From the NCBI GenBank assembly GCA_964016885.1, contig OZ024741.1, forward strand, positions 415,400,001 to 415,464,000: 64,000 nt of DNA, given 5' to 3'. Of the stretch, positions 55,801 to 64,000 are shown in pieces (position 1 is the stretch's first letter; the number at the start of each line of letters is the position of its first letter). Position numbers and translations under genes: made by a program. The DNA is from Eledone cirrhosa. Its lineage: Eukaryota. The notes under the pieces are model-generated. The model did no database searches and had not been told where the DNA came from. It saw nothing but the letters and a program-made list of their open reading frames with translations.

Positions 55801-57789
55801 CAATCTGGTCAACACTAACCAGGACTATTACCTACAGTTGTCTTAACCCTTTAGTTACCAACCTGGTCAAAACTAACCAGGACTATTACCTACAGTTGTC
55901 TTAACCCTTTAGTTACCAACCTGGTTAACACTGACCAGGACTATTACCTACAGTTGTCCTAACCCTTTAGTTACAAACCTGGTCAACACTGACCAGGACT
56001 ATTACCTAAAGTTGTCTTAACCCTTTAGTTACCAGTCTGGTCAACCCTGACCAGCACTATTATCTACAGTTGTCTTAACCCTTTAGTTACCAGTCTGGTC
56101 AACACTGACCAGCACTATTATCTACAGTTGTCTTGACCCTTTAGTTACCAGTCTGGTCAACACTGACCAGGACTATTACCTACAGTTGTCGTAACACTTT
56201 AGTTATCAACCTAGTCAACACTAACCAGGACTATTATCTACAGTTGTCTTAACCCTTTAGTTACCAACCTGGTCAACACTTACCAGGACTATTACCTACA
56301 GTTGTCTTAACCCTTTAGTTACCAACCTGGTCAACACTGACCAGGACTATTACCGACAGTTGTCTTAACCCTTTAGTTACCAACCCAGTCAACACTGACC
56401 AGGAGTATTACCTACAGTTGTCTTAACGCTTTAGTTATCAACCTGGTCAACACTGACCAGAACAATTACCTACAGTTGTCTTAACCCTTTAGTTACCAAC
56501 CTGGTCAACACTAACCAGGGCTATTACCTACATTTTTCTTAACCGTTCAGTTACCAACCTGGTCAACACTGACCAGGACTATTACCTACAGTTGTCTTAA
56601 CCCTTTAGTTACCAACCTGGTCAACACTGACCAGGAATATTACCTGCAGTTGTCTTAACCCTTTAGTTACCAACCTGGTCAACACTGACCAGGACTATTG
56701 CCTAAAGTTGTCTTAACCCTTTAGTTACCAGTCTGGTCAACCCTGACCAGCACTATTATCTACAGTTGTCTTAACCCTTTAGTAACCAGTCTGGTCAACA
56801 CTGACCAGCACTATTATCTACAGTTGTCTTGACCCTTTAGTTACCAGTCTGGTCAACACTGACCAGGACTATTACCTACAGTTGTCGTAACACTTTAGTT
56901 ATCAACCTAGTCAACACTAACCAGGACTATTATCTACAGTTGTCGTAACACTTTAGTTACCAACCTGGTCAACACTTACCAGGACTATTACCTACAGTTG
57001 TCTTAACACTTTAGTTACCAACCTGGTCAACACTGACCAGGAATATTACCTGCAGTTGTCTTAACCCTTTAGTTACCAACCTGGTCAACACTGACCAGGA
57101 CTATTGCCTAAAGTTGTCTTAACCCTTTAGTTAAGTTACCAACCTGGTCAATACTGACCAGAACTATTACCTACAGTTGTCTTAACACTTTAGTTACCAA
57201 CCTGGTCAACACTGACCAGGACTATTACCTACAGTTGTCTTGACTCTTTAGTTTCCAACCTGGTCAACACTGACCAGGACTATTACCTACAGTTGTCTTA
57301 ACCCTTTAGTTACCAGTCTGGTCAACCCTGACCACCACTATTATCTACAGTTGTCTTAACCCTTTAGTTACCAGTCTGGTCAACACCGACCAGCACTATT
57401 ATCTACAGTTGTCTTGACCCTTTAGTTACCAGTCTGGTCAACACTGACCAGGACTATTACCTACAGTTGTCGTAACACTTTAGTTATCAACCTAGTCAAA
57501 ACTAACCAGGACTATTATCTACAGTTGTCGTAACACTTTAGTTAACAACCTGGTCAACACTTACCAGGACTATTACCTACAGTTGTCTTAACACTTTAGT
57601 TACTGACCTGGTCAACACTAACCAGGAATATTATCTACAGTTGTGTTAACCCTTTAGTTACCAACCTGGTCAACACTAACCAGGACTATTACCTACAGTT
57701 GTCTTAAACCTTTAGTTTCCAACCTGGTCAACACAGACCAGGACTATTACCTACAGTTGTCTTAACCCTTTAGTTACCAACCCAGTCAA

Positions 57790-58900
57790 CACTAACCAGG
57801 ACGATTACCTACAGTTCTCTTAACCCTTTAGTTACCAACCTGGTCAACACTGACCAGCACTATTATCTACAGTTGTCTTAAGCCTTTAGTTAACAGTCTG
57901 GTCAACACTGACCAGCACTATTATCTACAGTTGTCTTAACCCTTTAGTTACCAGTCTAGTCAACACTGACCAGCACTATTATCTACATTTGTAGTAACAC
58001 TTTAGTTACCAACCTGGTCAACACTTACCAGGACTATTACCTACAGTTGTCTTAACCCTTTAGTTACCAACCTGGTCAACACTTACCACGACTATTACCT
58101 AGAGTTGTCTTAACCCTTTAGTTACCAACCTGGTCAACACTAACCAGGACTATTACCTACAGTTGTCTTAACCCTTTAGTTACCAACCTAGTCAACACTG
58201 ACCAGGACTATTACCTACAGTTATCTTAACCCTTTAGTTACTAACCTGGTCAACACTGACCAGGACTATTACCTACAGTTGTCTTAACCCTTTAGTTACT
58301 AACCTGGTCAACACTGACCAGCACTATTATCTACAGTTGTCGTAACCCTTTAGTTACCAACCTGGTCAACACTGACCAGGACGATTACCTACAGTTCTCT
58401 TAACCCTTTAGTTACCAACCTGGTCAACACTGACCAGCACTATTATCTACAGTTGTCTTAAGCCTTTAGTTAACAGTCTGGTCAACACTGACCAGCACTA
58501 TTATCTACAGTTGTCTTAACCCTTTAGTTACCAGTCTAGTCAACACTGACCAGCACTATTATCTACATTTGTAGTAACACTTTAGTTACCAACCTGGTCA
58601 ACACTTACCAGGACTATTACTTACAGTTGTCTTAACCCTTTAGTTACCAACCTGGTCAACACTTACCACGACTATTACCTAGAGTTGTCTTAACCCTTTA
58701 GTTACCAACCTGGTCAACACTAACCAGGACTATTACCTACAGTTGTCTTAACCCTTTAGTTACCAACCTAGTCAACACTAACCAGGACTATTACCTACAG
58801 TTGTCTTAACCCTTTAGTTACTAACCTGGTCAACACTGACCAGGACTATTACCTACAGTTGTCTTAACCCTTTAGTTACCAACCTGGTCAACACTAACCA
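57790..58900. repeat. Local tandem duplication, period 580 bp (10 monomers)
   Basis: ACATTTGTAG 57985/58565; ACCACGAC 58085/58665; GGACGATT and TAAGCCTTT also 580 apart. Confidence 0.85.
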
Positions 58901-61900
58901 GCACTATTATCTACAGTTGTCTTAACCCTTTGGTTACCAACCTAGTCAACACTGACCAGCACTATTATCTACAGTTGTCGTAACCCTTTAGTTACCAACC
59001 TGGTCAACACTGACCAGGACTATTACCTACAGTTGTCTTAACCCTTTAGTTACCAACCTGGTCAACACTGACCAGAACTATTACCTACAGTTGTCTTAAC
59101 CCTTTAGTTACCAACCTGGTCAACACTAACCAGGACTATTACCTACAGTTGTCTTAACCGTTTAGTTACCAATCTGGTCAACACTAACCAGGACTATTAC
59201 CTACAGTTGTCTTAACCCTTTAGTTACCAACCTGGTCAAAACTAACCAGGACTATTATCTACAGTTGTGTTAACCCTTTAGTTACCAATCTGGTCAACAC
59301 TAACCAGGACTATTACCTACAGTTGTCTTAAATTTTAGTTTCCAACCTGGTCAACACTAACCAGGACTATTACCTACAGTTGTCTTAACCCTTTAGTTAC
59401 CAACCTGGTCAACACTGACCAGGACTATTACCTACAGTTGTCCTAACCCTTTAGTTACAAACCTGGTCAACACTGACCAGGACTATTACCGACAGTTGTC
59501 TTAACCCTTTAGTTACCAACCCAGTCAACACTAACCAGGACTATTACCTACAGTTGTCTTAACGCTTTACTCATCAACCTGGTCAACACTGACCAGAACA
59601 ATTACCTACAGTTGTCTTAACCCTTTAGTTACCAACCTGGTCAACACTAACCAGGACTATTACCTACAGTTGTCTTAACCCTTTAGTTACCAACCTGGTC
59701 AACACTAACCAAGGCTATTACCTACATTTTTCTTAAGCGTTTAGTTACCAACCTGGTCAACACTGACCAGGACTATTACCTACAGTTGTCTTAACCCTTT
59801 AGTTACCAACCTGGTCAACACTGACCAGGAATATTACCTGCAGTTGTCTTAACCCTTTAGTTACCAACCTGGTCAACACTGACCAGGACTATTGCCTAAA
59901 GTTGTCTTAACCCTTTAGTTACCAGTCTGGTCAACCCTGACCAGCACTATTATCTACAGTTGTCTTAACCCTTTAGTTACCAGTCTGGTCAACACTGACC
60001 AGCACTATTATCTACAGTTGTCTTGACCCTTTAGTTACCAGTCTGGTCAACACTGACCAGGACTATTACCTACAGTTGTCGTAACACTTTAGTTATCAAC
60101 CTAGTCAACACTAACCAGGACTATTATCTACAGTTGTCGTAACACTTTAGTTAACAACCTGGTCAACACTTACCAGGACTATTACCTACAGTTGTCTTAA
60201 CACTTTAGTTACTGACCTGGTCAACACTTACCAGGACTATTACCTACAGTTGTCTTAACCCTTTAGTTACCAACCTGGTCAACACGGACCAGGACTATTA
60301 CCTACAGTTGTGTTAACCCTTTAGTTACCAACCTAGTCAACACTAACCAGGACTATTACCTACAGTTGTGTTAACCCTTTAGTTACCAACCTGGTCAACA
60401 CTAACCAGGACTATTACCTACAGTTGTCTTAACACTTTAGTTATCAACCTGGTCAACACTAACCAGGACTATTACCTACAGTTGTCTTAACCCTTTAGTT
60501 ACCAACCTGGTCAACACTTACCAGGACTATAACCTACAGTTCTCTTAACCCTTTAGTTACCAGTCTGGTCAACACTGACCAGCACTATTATCTACAGTTG
60601 TCTTAACCCTTTGGTTACCAACCTGGTCAACACTGACCAGCACTATTATCTACAGTTGTCATAACCCTTTAGTTACCAACCTGGTCAACACTGACCAGGA
60701 CTATTACCTACAGTTGTCTTAACCCTTTAGTTACCAACCTGGTCAACACTGACCAGAACTATTACCTACAGTTGTCTTAACCCTTTAGTTACCAACCTGG
60801 TCAACACTAACCAGGACTATTACCTACAGTTGTCTTAACCCTTTAGTTACCAATCTGGTCAACACTAACCAGGACTATTACCTACAGTTGTCTTAACCCT
60901 TTAGTTACCAACCTGGTCAAAACTAACCAGGACTATTATGTACAGTTGTGTTAACCCTTTAGTTACCAATCTGGTCAACACTAACCAGGACTATTACCTA
61001 CAGTTGTCTTAAATTTTAGTTTCCAACCTGGTCAACACTAACCAGGACTATTACCTACAGTTGTCTTAACCCTTTAGTTACCAACCTGGTCAACACTGAC
61101 CAGGACTATTACCTACAGTTGTCCTAACCCTTTAGTTACAAACCTGGTCAACACTGACCAGGACTATTACCTACAGTTGTCTTAACCCTTTTGTTACCAA
61201 CCCAGTCAACACTAACCAGGACTATTACCTACAGTTGTCTTAACCCTTTAGTTACCAACCTGGTCAACACTGACCAGGACTATTACCGACAGTTGTCTTA
61301 ACCCTTTAGTTACCAACCCAGTCAACACTAACCAGGACTATTACCTACAGTTGTCTTAACGCTTTAGTTATCAACCTGGTCAACACTGACCAGAACAATT
61401 ACCTACAGTTGTCTTAACCCTTTAGTTATCAACCTGGTCAACACTAACCAGGACTATTACCTACAGTTGTCTTAACCCTTTAGTGACCAACCTGGTCAAC
61501 ACTAACCAGGGCTATTACCTACATTTTTCTTAACCGTTTAGTTACCAACCTGGTCAACACTGACCAGGACTATTACCTACAGTTGTCTTAACCCTTTAGT
61601 TACCAACCTGGTCAACACTGACCAGGAATATTACCTGCAGTTGTCTTAACCCTTTAGTTACCAACCTGGTCAACAGTGACCAGGACTATTGCCTAAAGTT
61701 GTCTTAACCCTTTAGTTACCAGTCTGGTCAACCCTGACCAGCACTATTATCTACAGTTGTCTTAACCCTTTAGTAACCAGTCTGGTCAACACTGACCAGC
61801 ACTATTATCTACAGTTGTCTTGACCCTTTAGTTACCAGTCTGGTCAACACTGACCAGGACTATTACCTACAGTTGTCGTAACACTTTAGTTATCAACCTA

Positions 61901-62619
61901 GTCAACACTAACCAGGACTATTATCTACAGTTGTCGTAACACTTTAGTTACCAACCTGGTCAACACTTACCTGGACTATTACATACAGTTGTCTTAACAC
62001 TTTAGTTACCAACCTGGTCAAAACTGACCAGGAATATTACCTGCAGTTGTCTTAACCCTTTAGTTACCAACCTGGTCAACACTGACCAGGACTATTGCCT
62101 AAAGTTGTCTTAACCCTTTAGTTAAGTTACCAACCTGGTCAATACTGACCAGAACTATTACCTACAGTTGTCTTAACCCTTTAGTTACCAACCTGGTCAA
62201 CACTGACCAGGACTATTACCTACAGTTGTCTTGACTCTTTAGTTTCCAACCTGGTCAACACTGACCAGGACTATTACCTACAGTTGTCTTAACCCTTTAG
62301 TTACCAGTCTGGTCAACCCTGACCACCACTATTATCTACAGTTGTCTTAACCCTTTAGTTACCAGTCTGGTCAACACTGACCAGCACTATTATCTACAGT
62401 TGTCTTCACCCTTTAGTTACCAGTCTGGTCAACACTGACCAGCACTATTACCTACAGTTGTCGTAACACTAGTTATCAACCTAGTCAACACTAACCAGGA
62501 CTATTATCTACAGTTGTCGTAACACTTTAGTTAACAACCTGGTCAACACTTACCAGGATTATTACCTACAGTTGTCTTAACACTTTAGTTACTGACCTGG
62601 TCAACACTTACCAGGACTA

Positions 62620-63540
62620 TTACCTACAGTTGTCTTAACCCTTTAGTTACCAACCTGGTCAACACGGACCAGGACTATTACCTACAGTTGTGTTAACCCT
62701 TTAGTTACCAACCTAGTCAACACTAACCAGGACTATTAACTACAGTTGTTTTAACCCTTTAGTTACCAACCTGGTCAACACTGACCAGGACTATTACCTA
62801 CAGTTGTGTTAACCCTTTAGTTACCAACCTGGTCAACACTAACCAGGAATATTATCTACAGTTGTGTTAACCCTTTAGTTACCAACCTGGTCAACACTAA
62901 CCAGGACTATTACCTACAGTTGTCTTAAACCTTTAGTTTCCAACCTGGTCAACACAGACCAGGACTATTACCTACAGTTGTCTTAACCCTTTAGTTACCA
63001 ACCCAGTCAACACTAACCAGAACGATTACCTACAGTTCTCTTAACCCTTTAGTTACCAACCTGGTCAACACTGACCAGGACTATTACCTACAGTTGTCTT
63101 AACCCTTTAGTTACCAACCTGGTCAACACGGACCAGGACTATTACCTACAGTTGTGTTAACCCTTTAGTTACCAACCTAGTCAACACTAACCAGGACTAT
63201 TAACTACAGTTGTTTTAACCCTTTAGTTACCAACCTGGTCAACACTGACCAGGACTATTACCTACAGTTGTCTTAACCCTTTAGTTACCAACCTGGTCAA
63301 CACTAACCAGGAATATTATCTACAGTTGTGTTAACCCTTTAGTTACCAACCTGGTCAACACTAACCAGGACTATTACCTACAGTTGTCTTAAACCTTTAG
63401 TTTCCAACCTGGTCAACACAGACCAGGACTATTACCTACAGTTGTCTTAACCCTTTAGTTACCAACCCAGTCAACACTAACCAGGACGATTACCTACAGT
63501 TCTCTTAACCCTTTAGTTACCAACCTGGTCAACACTGACC
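62620..63540. repeat. Local tandem duplication, period 464 bp (8 monomers)
   Basis: AACACGGACC 62661/63125; AACACAGACC 62951/63415; GGAATATTATC and TTGTTTTAAC repeated at the same spacing. Confidence 0.85.
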
Positions 63541-64000
63541 AGCACTATTATCTACAGTTGTCTTAAGCCTTTAGTTAACAGTCTGGTCAACACTGACCAG
63601 CACTATTATCTACAGTTGTCTTAACCCTTTAGTTACCAGTCTAGTCAACACTGACCAGCACTATTATCTACATTTGTAGTAACACTTTAGTTACCAACCT
63701 GGTCAACACTTACCAGGACTATTACTTACAGTTGTCTTAACCCTTTAGTTACCAACCTGGTCAACACTTACCACGACTATTACCTAGAGTTGTCTTAACC
63801 CTTTAGTTACCAACCTGGTCAACACTAACCAGGACTATTACCTACAGTTGTCTTAACCCTTTAGTTACCAAACTAGTCAACACTGACCAGGACTATTACC
63901 TAGAGTTGTCTTAACCCTTTAGTTACCAACCTGGTCAACACTAACCAGGACTATTACCTACAGTTGTCTTAACCCTTTAGTTACCAACCTGGTCAAAACT

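Larger units (their letters stand above)
1..64000. repeat. 58-bp tandem satellite array, ~1,100 head-to-tail copies, truncated by both window edges
   Basis: TAACCCTTTAG recurs at 1, 59, 117, etc. with period 58 throughout. Monomers differ from consensus by a few substitutions and rare 1-5 bp indels. No non-repeat sequence or inversion seen. Confidence 0.99.
53800..64000. repeat. Diverged, heterogeneous domain of the same 58-bp satellite without the regular 13-mer HOR
   Basis: Higher density of different variants (AACCCTGACC, TTGACCC, TATCAACCTAG, GCCTAAAG, GGAATATTACCTGCAG, AAATTTTAGTTTCC, ACCGACAG, CATTTGTAG, ACCACGAC). The ACAAAC..AATAACC and TAGCTAC monomers typical of the HOR were not seen here. 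Confidence 0.8.

Noticed and set aside
1-64000. CRISPR array (palindromic repeat at regular spacing)
   Set aside because: The sequence between palindromes is as conserved as the palindrome. There are no unique spacers, no leader and no cas genes.
1-64000. Protein-coding tandem repeat or long ORF
   Set aside because: 58 is not a multiple of 3. The plus strand has stops at monomer positions 1, 9 and usually 31, and the minus strand has about seven stop triplets per monomer, so all six frames close within a few monomers. ATG is nearly absent.
1-64000. True telomere repeat tract
   Set aside because: Only one TAACCC per 58 bp, never tandem.
1-64000. Tandem tRNA/5S/snRNA gene array or Rho-independent terminators
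   Set aside because: The unit is too short, with no cloverleaf or Pol III A/B boxes recognised. The hairpin lacks a following U-tract and there is no gene context.
1-64000. Recombination-site or invertible-cassette array (integron attC, shufflon, DGR-like variable repeats)
   Set aside because: No cassettes, inversions, recombinase or reverse transcriptase seen. Variants are inherited in duplicated blocks rather than independently diversified.
1-64000. Pure sequencing artefact such as a rolling-circle concatemer
   Set aside because: Variants recur in ordered, hierarchical patterns with distinct age layers, unlike random error. Individual large duplications could still be assembly errors.

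Overview
The whole 64-kb window is one uninterrupted head-to-tail tandem array (satellite DNA) of a 58-bp monomer, about 1,100 copies, all in the same orientation and running off both window ends. Consensus: TAACCCTTTAGTTACCAACCTGGTCAACACT[G/A/T]ACCAGGACTATTACCTACAGTTGTCT (~43% GC, C>G skew, no CpG). I found no genes, RNA genes, CRISPR spacers or transposon insertions. The interest lies in the layered organisation, which can be read from shared point variants. (1) Each monomer contains an 8-bp-stem palindrome CCTGGTCA-ACAC-TGACCAGG and a weaker second hairpin, and looks like a degenerate dimer of a ~29-bp ancestor. (2) A 13-monomer (754-bp) higher-order repeat (HOR) dominates ~1-51.6 kb. (3) HORs are grouped into 7.3-9.2-kb super-units, including an apparently near-perfect 8,699-bp (150-monomer) tandem duplication and long-range copies at ~32.3-kb and 41.12-kb offsets. 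(4) A more diverged domain without the regular HOR occupies ~53.8-64 kb, and pieces of it are embedded as islands in the homogeneous zone. This resembles a eukaryotic centromeric, pericentromeric or subtelomeric satellite. I do not recognise the family and cannot assign an organism or function from sequence alone. All offsets were counted by eye from marker variants, not from a computed alignment.
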